Below, in pieces: positions 42,551 to 63,310 of a stretch of 64,000 bases of DNA. The translations under genes and the position numbers were made by a program. The notes beneath the pieces are model-generated. The model did not search any database and was not told the origin of the DNA. It worked only from the letters and a program-made list of their open reading frames with translations. This stretch comes from the human T2T-CHM13v2.0 reference genome, Homo sapiens. The first letter of the stretch is position 1; each line of letters opens with the position of its first letter. The DNA lies in the NCBI RefSeq assembly GCF_009914755.1, contig NC_060942.1; one strand, written 5' to 3'.

Positions 42551-44055
42551 GTTATCAGTGCTACGTTGTATTGCTTTCACTTATTTGTCAAAGATCAGTT
42601 GACTATATGTATGTAGGTCTATTTCTGGTCTTTCTATTCTCTTCTATTAACCTGTTTGGCTATAAGTTTGCTAATAATCACACTGTCTTTGTTACTGTAG
42701 CTTCATAGTAAGCTTTGAGGCTAGGTAGTATAAGTTCTGTGGCTTTGTTCTTCTTCTTTAAAATTATTTTGGCTACTCAGGGTGTTCTGCCTCTCCATAA
42801 AAACTTTAGAATCAGTTTATCAATATCCACGAAATAACTTCCGGAATTTTGAATGAAATTGTCTTTAACCTATAAATCAAGCTAAAAGAACTGACATCTT
42901 AACATTATTGTCTTCCTCTCCATGAACACCGACTATCTGACCATTTATTTACTGCTTCTTTAATTTTGTTCATCAGTTTTGTAGTTTTCCTTATAGAGAT
43001 ATTTTACATATTTCCTTAGATTATACTTAAGTAATTCATTTGGGAGCAGTGCTGTATAGATAATATTGATTTTTAATTTCAAGATTCATTTGTTCATTTC
43101 TGTATACAAAAAAATGTGATTGACTTTTATATATTAACTTTGTGTCCTGAAACCTTTTTATAATCATTATCACCTTCAGGAGGTATTTTGTTGGTTCTTT
43201 CAGATTTTCTGCAAAGACAGTTATGACATTTGTGCACAAAGTTTTCTTTCTTTCCAGGTTTTATATATTTATTTCATTTTTTGTCATAGTGCTGTAGCTA
43301 GGACTTCCAGTACAATTTTCAAAGGAGTGCTGAGAGGGTACCTCTGTGCCTTCTTCCTAATTTTGATGAGAAGCTTTTCAGTTTCTAACCAGTAAGTGTG
43401 ATGTTAACTGTAGGTTTTTCGCAGATGTTATTAAATTGAGAAAGTTCCCCTTTACTCCTAGTTTCCTGAGTTTTTATCATGAATAGGTGTTGGATTCTGT
43501 CAAATGCTTTTTCTGAATCTATTTGTATGATCATGTGATTTTTTTCATATGCCTATTATTATGACAGATTATATAAATCAATGTTCAAATGTTGAACCAG
43601 CCCCACATACTGGACATGAATCCCACTTGGTTATGGTGTATATTGTATACATTGTTTAATTTGATTAGCTAATATTTTATTGAGGATTTTTATATCTATC
43701 TATCAATATGAGAGTTATTAGTTTTTGTTTTCTGTTCTTGTAAAATCTTTGTGTGTCTTTGATGTTAGCATAATGCTGGCCACATAAAATAAGTTAAGAG
43801 GTATCTCCTGTGCTTTTATCTTCTGTACAAGATACTAAGATAATTAACATTATTTCTCCCTTAAATGTTTTGTAGACTTCACTAGTGGATCCAACTGGGT
43901 CTGGTGATATCTGTTTTGGAAGGTTATTCATATAGGCTAATTTAGATTGTCTATTTCTGCATGTGTAAGTTTTGGCAGATTGTGTCTTTCAAATAATTGA
44001 TCCATTTTATCTCAGTTATCAAATTTGTAGGTATAGAGTTGTTCATAACATCCCC

Positions 44056-47987
<3,932 letters not shown>

Positions 47988-49586
47988 CCCTATTTTTACT
48001 TACTAGTATTAAAGTTTCAGGTCTTACGTTTAAGTCTTCAATCTATCTTGCATTGATTTTTGTATGTGCTGAGAGATAGGAGTCTATTTTCATTTTTCTG
48101 GATCTGGATATCCATTTTTCGCAGCACTATTTATTGAAGAGACTGTTCTTTCCCCGATGTGTGTTCTTGGTGCATTTTTTGAAAGTCAGTTGGTTGTTAG
48201 TATGTGGGTTTATTTCTGTGTTCTCTATTCAGTTCCATTGATCTATATGTTATTTTTATGCCAGTACTGTCTTGTTTTGGTTACTATATCTTGGTAGTAT
48301 ATTTTGACGTCAAATAGTGTGATGCATCCAGCTTTGTTCTTTTTGCTCAAGATTACTTTGGTTATTCAGGGTCTTTTGCTGTTCCATATTAATTTTAGGA
48401 TTTTCTTTCTATTTCAGTGAAGAATGTCATTAGTATTTTTATTGTGATTGCATTAGATTACTTTGGGTAGTAGGGACGTTTTATTAATAACAAAATAAAT
48501 TCTTTCAATTCATAAGCATGTAATATCTTTCCATTTACTTTTGTATTCCTCAGTTAACTTCATCAGTGTTTTATAGTTTTCATTGTAAAGATATTCTATT
48601 CATTGTCAAGATATTTCACCTTCTTGATTCAGTTTATTCCTAGGTATTTTACTTTTTGTAGCTTTGTAAATGGCATTGCATTTTTTTATTTCTTTTTTAG
48701 ACACTATTGGCTTATAGAAATGCTACTGATTTTTGTATGTTGATTTTGTATTTTGCCATTTTATTGAACTAAACTCTTTTCAGTAGAGTCTTTGGGGTTT
48801 TCTATATGTATAATCATGTAATCTGCAAACAGGAATAATTTGATTTCCTCCTTTTCAATACGGATGCCCTCAATTTCTTTCACTTGTGCAATTGCTCTGG
48901 CAAGGACTTCCAGTATTCTGTTGAATAGAAGTAGTGAAAGTGGGTATCCTTCACTTTTTCCAGATCTTAGAGGAAAGAATTTTAGTTTTTTGCCCATTAA
49001 ATATGATGTTAGCTGTGGGTTTGTCATATATGACCTTTACTGTGTTGAGATACATTCCTTCAATATATAATTTGTTGAGTTTTTAATCATAAACGGGTGA
49101 TGAATTTTATCAAATCCTTTTGGATATCTATTAAAATGATCATGGTTTTTTCCAATTCTGTAATATGATGTATTATTGATTCACAGATGTTGAACAATTC
49201 TTGTGTCTCTGCAATGAATCCTAACTGGCCATGGTGAATGATCTTCATAACATGCTGTTGATTTCAGGGTTCTAATATATTTTGATGATTTTTGCATTCA
49301 GGTTCATCAGGGATATTGGCCTATAGTTTTCCCTTTCTGTTGTGTCTTTAGCTGGTTTAGTATCATGGTAATGCTGACCTCATAGAAAGAGTTAAGAATT
49401 CCCTCCTCTTCAATTTTTTGAATAGTTTGAACAGGATTGATATTGGTTCTTCTTTAAGTGTTTGGTAGAATTCAGCAATGAAAACTTCATGTCTTAGGCT
49501 TTTCTTTGACGGGGGGCTTTTTGTTACTCATTCAATTTTGTTACCTGTTATTGGTCTATTCAGATTGTCTATTTCCTCGTGATTCA
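47988..49586 (-). mobile_element. L1MA-like ORF2 fragment lacking both 5' and 3' ends
   Basis: RT-region ORF 48761-49027; more diverged than the adjacent L1PA7. Confidence 0.8.
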
Positions 49587-51573
49587 GGATACAGAATTCT
49601 AGGTTGGTGATTTCTTTTTTTCTCAACATTTTAAATATTTCCCTCCAATCTCTTCTTGCTTGCATGGCTTCTAAAAAGTCAAATGTAATTCTAATCTTTG
49701 TTCCTCGGTTTGTAAGGTGTTTACTTTCTTTGACTTCTTTCGATATTTATTCTTTATCATTGATGCTCTATAGTTTGAATGTGATATGCATAGGTATAGT
49801 GATTTTTCTGGCATTTATTTTTCTTTGTGTTCCCTGAGTTCCCTGGATCTGTGGTTTGGTATCTTCCATAGTTTGACTGTTAGAATACCATCAACTGGGT
49901 GGCTTAAACAACAAATATTTATTTCTCATAGTTCTGGAGGCTAGAAATCTGAGATCAGGGTAACAATATGTCACTTTCTTAGTGAAGGCCCTTTTCTGGG
50001 TTTAAAGATTGTCATGTTTTACTGTATCTTCACATGGCAAAAAGAAAAGATAAATAAGGCAAGTTTTCTTGTATCTCTTCTTATAAGAATACCAGTCTCA
50101 TTCATGAGAGCTTTACACTTAAGATCTAATTGTGTCCCAAAAGCTTTACCACCAAATACCATGCTATTAGGGTTAGGCTTCAATGTGTGAGTTGGCAGAG
50201 AGGGCACATTCAATCTATAGCAGAGCCTGACATTCATTTGAAAAAACTGTCCATGATTATTGCTTCAAATATTTCTTCTGTTCCCTTGTCTCTTTGTTCC
50301 TCTTCTGTATTCCCATTATGTATATGTTATACCTTGTGTAGTTGACCCACATTCCTTGGATATTCTGTTTGGTTTTCTTTTTCAGTGTTTTTTTCTCTTT
50401 GCTTTTCTAAGAAGATTTTGTTGACATATTCTCAAGCTCAAAGTTTTTTTTTTTCCCCTGGCTGTGCCCAGTCTACTGACAAGCCTATCAAATATATTAC
50501 TCATTTCTTTTATAGTGCTTTTGATCTCTAGCAATTCTTTTTTATTATTTCTAGAATTTGCATCCTGTGATTGCACAGCCCATCTGTTCTTGCATGCTGT
50601 CTACTTTATCCATAATGGCCCTTGGCATATTGTTTTAAATTCTCAGTCTGAAAACTCCAACATCTCTGCCATATTTGATTCTGGTTCTGATGTTTTCTTT
50701 GTCTCTTCAAACTATGTTTCTTTGCCTGTTAGTATGACTTGCAATTTTTTATTGATAGTTGACATGATATATTGGGTAAAAGAAATAGTGGGGTTTTGGC
50801 ATTTTTCTTGCTTGGGGTTCTCTGAGTTCTCTAATGTAAATAGGACTTTAATAATGTGGTGAGGTGTAGAGGGAGAGGAAATGTTTCATAGTGCCATGAT
50901 TAGGTCTCAGTCTTTTCGTGAGCCTGTGCCTCAGGACTGTAAACTCCACAAGTGCTTCTCAGTTTTTTATCGCCTCCCTCAGGTGGGAGTGAATAAAGTT
51001 GAGGGTTTTCTTTCCTCAGGTAAGTTAGAGTCTGAAAAGCAATACTTGAAGCTCTAATAAAATAGTTTCTCCTGAGGGCAGGCCTTCTTAAGATGAACAG
51101 AATGCACTAGTATATTTTAAAATTGTTCTTTTCCCCTCCCCTTGCCAGAAGCACTAGGGTATTTTTCTCCAATCTTCACTATGAGGATCTGGAAAAGCTC
51201 CTGAAAGTAAAATTCACAAAAGTGTGGGGCCCTCCCCACCCCATGACTGTGTCCTCCTGGAGTTTTTTTTCTCTCAGCCTTGTCCACACTGAGCCTCCAG
51301 CAATTCATCAATTACAACTCAAGTTTTCTTCTCCTGGCTCTGGTTACTATGGAGATTTCTTCTTGTGGGCTTCTGCTCTGGTAAGTTGTGATTCTCTCTA
51401 TCTAGTCTGTCTGTCTCTACAATTTTGTGGAGCAGCAGTTTGCCCTGTGACCTCACATCTCTTATGAATCTAAAAAGAATTAGTGATTTTTCAGTTTGTT
51501 CAACTTTTTATGCCTTGTTAGGATGGAGTGTCAACTTTCAAGCTCCTTACCTGCCAAACTGAAAACCAGAAGT
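49587..51573 (-). mobile_element. L1MC-like 5' part (ORF1 and 5'UTR)
   Basis: atacagaattctaggttgg (antisense ORF1 C-terminus); ends aaaccagaagt; degenerate TSD tgtccatataaatt (40544) / tgtgcagataaatt (51575) links it to 40560-44052. Confidence 0.75.
49862..50222 (-). mobile_element. MLT1A0-like MaLR solo LTR
   Basis: actgggtggcttaaacaac...tttctcatagttctggaggctag...cattcaatctatagca. Confidence 0.85.
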
Positions 51574-52084
51574 GTGTGCAGATAAATTGTAGAATCACAA
51601 CGACAAAATGCTGAAATGTTTACTGGGATTACATAGAATCTACAAAAAACTTATTCAGACAGTTTCATAATTGTTATTCTTCCAATTCATGAATATTTTA
51701 CTCACTTAAATTTTCTCTCAAAAACATTTCTTAGATTTCTGTATAGAATTCTTGAGCTACTTTAATTAGATTTATTTCTAGTTAGTTGAATTTGTGTGTA
51801 TGCACTACTATAAAGAGTACTGGTTTTAACTTTGTTTCTACATGTTTATTTCTGGTATATAGAAATACAATTGATTTCTCTTTATTAATCTTATATAAAA
51901 TAAACTTAATTAAGTTCAAATGTAATTCCTTATCTATAGCTTCTTTGAGATTATATGTATATACACAATATGGCATCTGTGAATAACAATTTTAGAACTG
52001 CAGGACACATTGAATAGGAGTGATGATATAGGATTCCTTTGTCTCATCTTAAATTTCAGAGAATGTTTGCTGTTGTTGTCATTG

Positions 52085-54455
52085 TTCTTGTTTTGTTTTA
52101 ATTTCTACTTTTATTTTAGACGTGGGGGATACATGTTCAGGTTTGTTACTTGGTTATATTGCACCTAGGCAGTAAGCATAGTACCCAATAGGTAGTTTAT
52201 CAACACCCACCTCCCTCCCTCCCTTCCCCCTTTATAGTCCATAGTGTCTGTTGTACCCTTGTTTATATCCATGTGTACTCAATTTTTAGCTACCACTTAT
52301 AAATGAGAACATGTGATATTTGGTTTTCTGTTCCTGAATGAGTTCGCTTAGAGTTATAGCCTCCAGCTCCATCCACATTGCTGCAAAGGAAGTCTCGCTC
52401 TATCACCCAGGTTTTAGTACAGTGGCGCAAACCCGGCTCACTGCAACCTCCGCCTCCTGGGTTCAAGCGATTCTCCAGCCTCAGCCACCCAAGTAGCTGG
52501 GATTGCAGGCATGCACCACCATGCCTGTTAATTTTTGTATTTTTAGTAGAGACGGAGGTTTCATCATATTGGTCATGGTAGTCATGAACTCCTGACTTCA
52601 AATGATCCCCCACCTTGGCCTCTCTAAGTGCTGGGATTACAGGCGTGAGCCACCACGTCTGGCCTCAATTTCATTCTTTTTTATGGCTGTGTAGTATTTG
52701 GTGGTGTATATGTACCACATGTTCTTTATCCAGTTGACCACTGTTTGGCACCTAGGTTGATTCCATGTCTTTGCTATTGTGAATAGCATGGCCATGAACA
52801 TATGAGTGCATGTGTCTTTCTGGTATAATCGTCTATTTTTCTTTGGGTATATACCCAGTAATGGGATTGGTGGGTCAAATGGTAGCTCTTTTTTAAGTTC
52901 TTTGAGAAATAGTGCTTTCTATACAGTGCCTGAACTAATTTACATTCCCAACAACAATGTATAAGTGTTGCCTTTTCTCTTCCACCTCACCAGCATCTGT
53001 TATATTTGACTTTTTAGAAACAGCCATTCTGATAATGAGAGAATATCTCATTGTGGTTTTTATTTGCATTTCTCTCATGATTTCTGATGATGAGCATTTT
53101 TTCATACGTTTGTTGGCTGCTTGTATGTCTTGTCTTCTTGTTCCCTGTTTGTGTCCTTTGTCCATTATTTAAATGGGATTATTTGTGACAAACACACAGC
53201 CAACATCATACTAAACAGGCAAAGGCTGGAACCATTCCCTTTGAGAACTAGAACAAGATTAAAATGCCCACTCTCACCACTTCTATTTGACATAGTCCTA
53301 GAAGTCCTAGCCAGAACAATCAGGCAAGAGAAAGAAATAAAAGGGCATCCAAAAAGGAAAAGAAGAAACTAAACTCTCTTCACTGATATGATTCTATACC
53401 TAGAAAATGCTAAAGACTGCCAAAAGGCTACTAGAACTGATGGATGATTTTAGTAAAGTTTCATGATAAAAAATCAATGCACAAAAATCAGTAGCATTTC
53501 TAGACCCCAATAATGTCCAGGCTGAGAGTCAAATCAAGAACACAATCCTATTCACAACAGCTAGAAAGAAAATAAATACCTAGGAAAAAGCTAACCAAGA
53601 AGGTGAAAGATCCCAACAATGAGAATTATAAAACAGAAATCAGAGACACCACAAATAAATCAAAAAACATTCCATGCTCATGGACTGGAAGAATCAATAT
53701 CATTAAAATGACCATACTGCCTAAAGAAAATTATAGATTAAATGCTATTCCTATCAAACTACCAATGTTGTTCTTCACAGAATGACACAAAAGTATTCTA
53801 AAATTCATATGAAAACAAAAGAAACTCAGAACAGCAAAAGCAATCATTACCAGAAAGAACAAAGCTGGAAACATCACACTACCCTACTTCAAACTATACT
53901 ACAAGGTTACAGCAACCAAAACAGCATGGTACTGGTACATGGTACTGTACAAAAACAGACCCATAGACCAATGGAACAGAATAAAAACTCAGAAATAAAG
54001 CTGCACACTTAGAACCATCTGATCTTCAACAAGGCCAACAACAACAAGCAATGGGGAAAGGAGTCCCTAATCAATAAATGGTGCTAGGACAACTTGCTAG
54101 CCATATACAAAGGAATGAAACTGGACCCTTATATTTCACTATATGGGACATTTAACTCAACATGCATTAAAGATTTAAATGTAAGACCTCAAAATATAAA
54201 CATCCTGGAAGAAACCCCAGGAGATACACTTCTCAATATGGGCCTTGGCAAAGAGTTTTTGGCTAAGCCCCCAAAAGCAATTGCAACAAAAACAAAAATT
54301 GAGAAGTGTGACCTAATTAATTAAAGAATTCTGCACTGCAAAACAGCCAAGCAATAAACAGACAACCTACACAATGGGAGAAAATATTCACAAACTATAT
54401 ATCCAACAAAGGTCCGCTATCCAGAATCTGTAAAGAACTTAAACAAATCAATAAG
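52085..54455 (-). mobile_element. L1PA15/16-like element with 5' inversion (minus 52085-53186, inverted plus 53187-54455)
   Basis: Orientation switch at ttatttgtgacaaac; the two pieces are adjacent in the ORF2 consensus. Confidence 0.85.
52391..52664 (-). mobile_element. AluS lacking its poly(A) tail
   Basis: Starts abruptly at agtctcgctct after host gcaaagga; ends cgtctggcc. Confidence 0.92.
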
Positions 54456-54574
54456 ATAATTTGTTTATATGTTTTATCATTAACTATTATGCTTTCCATA
54501 GGAATCATGCAGTATCTTTTATATTAATGGTATGCTAATAGATTTTTTTTGTTTTAATCAAAATAATTTTTGGT

Positions 54575-55168
54575 TTTTTAAAAAATATCAGATATTGGCA
54601 AGGATGCAGAGAAAATCGAATGCTTATACACTGTTGGTGGGAATATAAATTAGTAAAACCCCTGTGGAAAACAGTATGGAGATTTCTCAAAGAACTAAAA
54701 ATAGAGCTACCATTCAATCCAGCAGTCCCAGTACTGGCTACCATTCGATCCAGCAGTCCCAGTACTGGGTATCTACCCAAAGGAAAATAAAGTATTATAT
54801 CAACAAGCTACCTACACTTTTATGCTTATTGCAGCACTGTTCACAATAGCAAAGTTATGGAATTAACCTAAGTGTCCAGTGATGGATTATTACATAAGGA
54901 AATTGTGGTATATCTATACCGCAGAATACTACTCAAGATATAAAAATAGAATAAAATTATGTCTTTTGCAGCAACATGGATGAAACTAGAGGCCATTATC
55001 TTAAATTTAATGACTCAGAAACAGAAAGTCGATTACTGCATGTTCTCACTTATAAATGAGAGGTAAATAATGTATATACATGAACATAGAGAGTGGAATA
55101 ACAGACAATGGAAACTCGGAAAGGTGGAAGGGTGGGAGGGTAATGAGGGATGAGCAATTACCTAATGA
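54575..55168 (+). mobile_element. L1PB/L1MA ORF2 end and partial 3'UTR
   Basis: ggcaaggatgcagagaaa...gcagcaacatggatgaaactagaggcc...gagggatgagcaattacct. Confidence 0.8.
54706..54767. repeat. 31-bp tandem duplication
   Basis: gctaccattc(a/g)atccagcagtcccagtactg twice. Confidence 0.95.
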
Positions 55169-55174
55169 TGAAGA

Positions 55175-56750
55175 CACCCTACATGCATCTGATTGAATTT
55201 CCAGAGAAAGAGAGTAAGGAATAAGTAACATTTGGAGAGATATTAGCTGAGATTTTTTCATAAATATTTAATGGCACCTAACATTAAACTCACAAAGTTG
55301 GTGAATCCCTAGCAAGATAAATAGAAAAAAAAACACACATATGCTTCCAAATGTGTCATAGCAATCCTGCAGAACATCAAGCTTTCCATAATAATATAGT
55401 AATTAAGGCAATGTGGAATTGTTGGAGAGACAGACAAATGGACCAATAAAATAGAATAAGGAGCTCAGAAATATATTTACGCATACAGGGAATCTTTAAA
55501 ATTGAACTACTATAAAATAATAAGAAATAAGGTAAGCATTCTAATAAAGAAATGGCCAAAATATATGAATACATTTTACATAAATATTTCAGAGAAGAGT
55601 AAAAATGAATGGTTAATAAATGTCAAAACAAAATTTTAAACTTAGTAATTGTCAGGAAAATAACCCACTTCCAATCATTGGTAAAGATGAAGAGCAATGA
55701 TAACTCTCAGACATGGCAAATGGGAGTTTAAATTGGTAAAGTTTAAGAAAATAATTTAGCATTACCCACCAAATTTGAACACACTCATATACTGTACTTG
55801 TGTAACCATGCATCCTAGTATGTCCACTTTACTTACTTTTAGAATAATTGCTAACATTATCCTCTTCAAGTTTTCAAAACGTTCCAATTTGAACAATATA
55901 CTAAATGATCATCGTATCTGTGGCCAACAATTCTACTTCTGGATACATTTATCTGAGAAAACCTCTTGTTCATGTATACAGATTAACTCTGTGAGTGCTT
56001 TTGGTAGCATTATTTGGAATTGTGAAACCTGAAATCCTACTAAATGTTCAACAGAAAGGTTAGATAAAAGAGGATATGTTTTTATACTAGAAGGCTAGGC
56101 AGAAAGAAAATAAAATGAATACATCTTTACTCCAACACAGATGGATCAAAAAAACAAAGTTAAGTGACATAAACAAGTTACTGAAGAATACACGTGGTAT
56201 GTTCTATTCATATGAAGTGAAAACACAGGCAAACCTAGGTAATATACTGTTAAGCCATGTGTACACATGGAGCTACATCATCCACAAAAGCAAGGTAGGT
56301 GATTCACATAAAATTGAAAGTAGCGGTTACTTCTAGCAAACAAAATTTTAAAAAGAGTATACTAAAGTTTCAAATGTACTGGTTTCACTCTTAAGATAGG
56401 TGGTGCTACTGAATAATAATTGTAATAATATATACTCCTTAAAAGGTATGATATATTTCACATTAGTAAACTCTGAAATTTTGATAAAATGTATTATTGA
56501 TATTTTTCTCTTTTTTTACAACTAATAACCATATTTGTGCCTTTTCTTCAGTTGAGCTGACCATGGTTTTCCCATTTATTTTAATAGCTCTTTGTATATC
56601 ATGGATAATAATTTCTTCTCTACAAAATGTGTTAGAAATTATTTCCTCTTGCATATTGTTAGCAAAAAAATGTATAAATATAATTTTGTTTCCTTTAAAA
56701 TAGTCCCATATCTCTTATTGCCACATCCAATTTAGAAGTTTGAATTTTCT
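55175..56750. mobile_element. Degenerate L1ME-like fragments, mostly plus strand
   Basis: ORF1-like then ORF2-end motifs (gacagacaaatggaccaataaaatagaata) and a decayed 3'UTR. Confidence 0.5.
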
Positions 56751-56869
56751 CATTCAGAGAAGTGCTCATGTTGTTTCTAATATATAGTTCTTATCACCTG
56801 GGATTGAATGGCACTCCTTGGTTATATTCTCCCTTATTAGACTCAAGGACCATTTGGATGTTCATGCAG

Positions 56870-57010
56870 AAGAGCCTTTTGGAATTAGAGAAGCCTTACA
56901 GAGACAGCAAACTAAAGCCCAGGGAGAGGGTGTGACTGCTTCTACATGCTACAGCCAGTGAGCCACAGAGCTGACAATGAACACTAGCCCTCTTGACTCC
57001 AAGTCAAACC
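56870..57010 (-). mobile_element. MIR fragment
   Basis: acagagacagcaaactaaagcccagggagagg...cttgactccaagtc. Confidence 0.6.
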
Positions 57011-57879
57011 AGTGGACCTTCACAAAGAGGGCTTCCAGTGAGCCTGCTTCTTTGCTTGCTCAAGATAAAAATACATGCATATGTAACTTTAAACTGCCAA
57101 GTAACATAACTGTATACACAATACCCTTGAGATGTGAATGACTGGATGGCATTTCAATGCTAGAAAACAGGGGAACCAGTTATAATCGCTGATTATACAC
57201 GGATGATAAACAAGGTTGGAAAAATATATTAAGACTGAGCTTACAGCTGAAAGTTAAGACTTGGCCACCAAAGAGAGGAAAATAGCAGGGACTAATATGT
57301 TTTAATGAAATAAACCACATGGTCCCACCATATGCATACTGTACTATACTGTATTAATCGTTCCTGTAGCTTTCATTTTTAGTGGCTACCTCAGCCCATC
57401 AGTGTAATGGCTAGTGGAGTAAATTACATATTACATTTAATTGTCACATTGAATAGCATTTCCATGTAGGCTTTCTTAGAATTTTAATAGAGTGACCTGG
57501 CTGGCTTGCTGGCTAATATAAAATCAGCCTCCTAACTATTTTCTTTACCGCCGTCATGACGACCTCAACTGATAAGCTCTTATGACCTTTCTCAATTTAA
57601 TTCAATTTGTTAGACATTTAAAATTGAATTTTTTACACAAATTAATGGTAAATGTGCGATTTCCCCTACCAATCTCCCCTCCCTCTTTCCTCTAGGAAAG
57701 ATTAGGATAGATGAATCAAAATATAACTGGCTCAAATTGTATAAATGTTCAAAGCATACAAGGCAGCATGCAATTTCACAGTGTAAAACATTTCTCAAAC
57801 GTGTTGATCTGGGGTGAAAAACTAAAACAAATGTTGCGTTCATTCTTTTGCTTCATAAGAGAATAAACTTTGCAATTAA

Positions 57880-61342
<3,463 letters not shown>

Positions 61343-63184
61343 AAATTGTGTTCTAAGTAGACAAGTTGTTCTACTTCTTTGAATGCAGTTTTCTTAACAT
61401 GAAAGTGAGATTCTTGATGCCTATCTCACATAATGGTTATAAGAACTAAATGAAAAAATGTGCAAAAGCACTTGGATGGAGTCTGGTACATAAAAGTGCT
61501 TTATAACTGGCTCTTATTTCTGTTTTACGCTTTTATGCCCCATGAGAATCTGTTTCCCAGAATCTGCATCTCCCTGCATTCCAAGGTTCTTCCTTTCAGC
61601 CAGATGTGCTAAGGTAACACTGGGTTTAATTAGCCAGGCTGGAACAGGTTCCTGAGCAAATAGAAATCATATACCAGTCTCAAGTTTCACAGAGATAAGA
61701 ATTAGTGTAGTTTTGTAAGTCTCTGATTCTGGATGCTGTAAACACCTGGACGCATCAATAAAGCAAGGCCATCCATTTCCAGGGCTTCCAATGTCATTTC
61801 TTTTTCTGAAGTTAAATCAAGCTACCATATCTATCTTTACCAGGGTGACTATGGGCCTGTCTTACAATAATCCTAAATCCTGAAGTGATGTATCACAGTT
61901 GTCCTTGGCCTAGCGGTCATGGCCAGGCTTAGTTAATTCTTGGCTGAGGAACAATTCTAAATCTACCAAGACTACTTGGTGTAGCAAGGCAAGCTATCAT
62001 CTGTCCCATACCAGGCTAAAGACAGCTGGTTACTCTCGGCTGCTGAGGAAGAACAATTAGCAAAGTAACTGTTTGTACATATCCTCTGCTTGCTAGACTA
62101 ATTACTCTACACCCTAATAAGAAGATTGAATTATGAGCCTTCCTGCTCTGTGGGATGTATATGACTTTTGAAATCCCAAAATTATTGATTTTTCATGATC
62201 ATAAAAACAAAGTTTTAGAGAAAGATGAATAGAAAACTGATTCTTAAATTGGTTAAGGCTTACTTTCATTCTCTACATTCCCCTATTTGTCTTTAACCAC
62301 AGCCAAATGGGGAAATGTATAAGATTGTGTATACATTTTTACCACCATCATCAGGTACTTTATAGACTCTGCCAACATCTCCTTTTTTCCCTGAGCCCAA
62401 ACACCCCCTCAACACTTGCACACCATACTTTGCCCTCTTTTTCCAATATTATTCTTTACTTAAACCCTTTTCTCTACTAATACCTGTGAATATTTCAAAC
62501 ATGTAGCAAGCCAGTGCTATTAGTGTCTCTCAGTTTTCTCCACTAAAAATAGGAGACACATAAACTTCCTAATTCCCCACTGCACCTAATGGAATTCCAG
62601 CCTCAATGATTTTAACAGTTATCTCCTCCACAACCCAAGCTACTGAAATGTCCCCTGCTCTGCCAGCTCAGGTGTCATTATTTGGGAAATATTACTTCTC
62701 AACATTCTTTTTCTAGTTGTTTGCTTTTTCCATTATTTGCAGCTCAGCAGCTATTAAGATCCAATGCTGCAGAAAACAACAATAACAACAAAAGAGCCGC
62801 TTAATAACTAAACTTAAAAACCAAACTAGTCAGCAGCGAACAATGCCTTGTCAACATTTCTAAATGGAGCAGAAAGAAGGCAAGCCAAAAGGACAGAGAG
62901 AGGGCAAAAGAGAGAAAGGGACGCTTCCTGATGGATGAGTATGCATAAGTGCTTCGGATAATGGCTAAGAGGTAGAGTTTGCAACATATTAAAGAGGGGG
63001 AGGAGAGAAATAGGCGAATAGCCTCAGAAGGGGATCAGAGTGCAGTGAGATGGGCACACTCAGACCTTGGTGAAATGCTGAAGTCAACAAGACCTCCCTG
63101 GGGTGTGCCCTTACAAACCGCCCCCACTTCAAGGCTCTATTCCATTTAGCATCACCACCTCCCTTCTGCTTTCTGTTCCCACAG

Positions 63185-63310
63185 GGCTTTGCCCTCAAGA
63201 TAAATGAAATAAATCCTCCAGCTGATGAGAACTTAATATGTTCTTCCTCCCCAAGGTATTTACAAAGGCAGCAGAGACTCTCGGAATCCCCAAAGCCTTC
63301 ACGCTCCAAA
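63185..63310 (+). other. Candidate spliced exon (126 nt)
   Basis: Polypyrimidine tract cctcccttctgctttctgttcccacAG, donor AAA/GTAAGG, stop-free in phase 0. Confidence 0.35.

Larger units (their letters stand above)
40560..44052 (-). mobile_element. L1MC1/2-like element, 3' part
   Basis: ttttagattcacagcaaaattga...ccaaagtccatagttta 3'UTR, followed by antisense ORF2. Confidence 0.85.

Noticed and set aside
62989-63309. 106-aa minus-strand ORF
   Set aside because: Non-ATG start and no recognisable homology; the plus-strand splice signals are the better-supported reading
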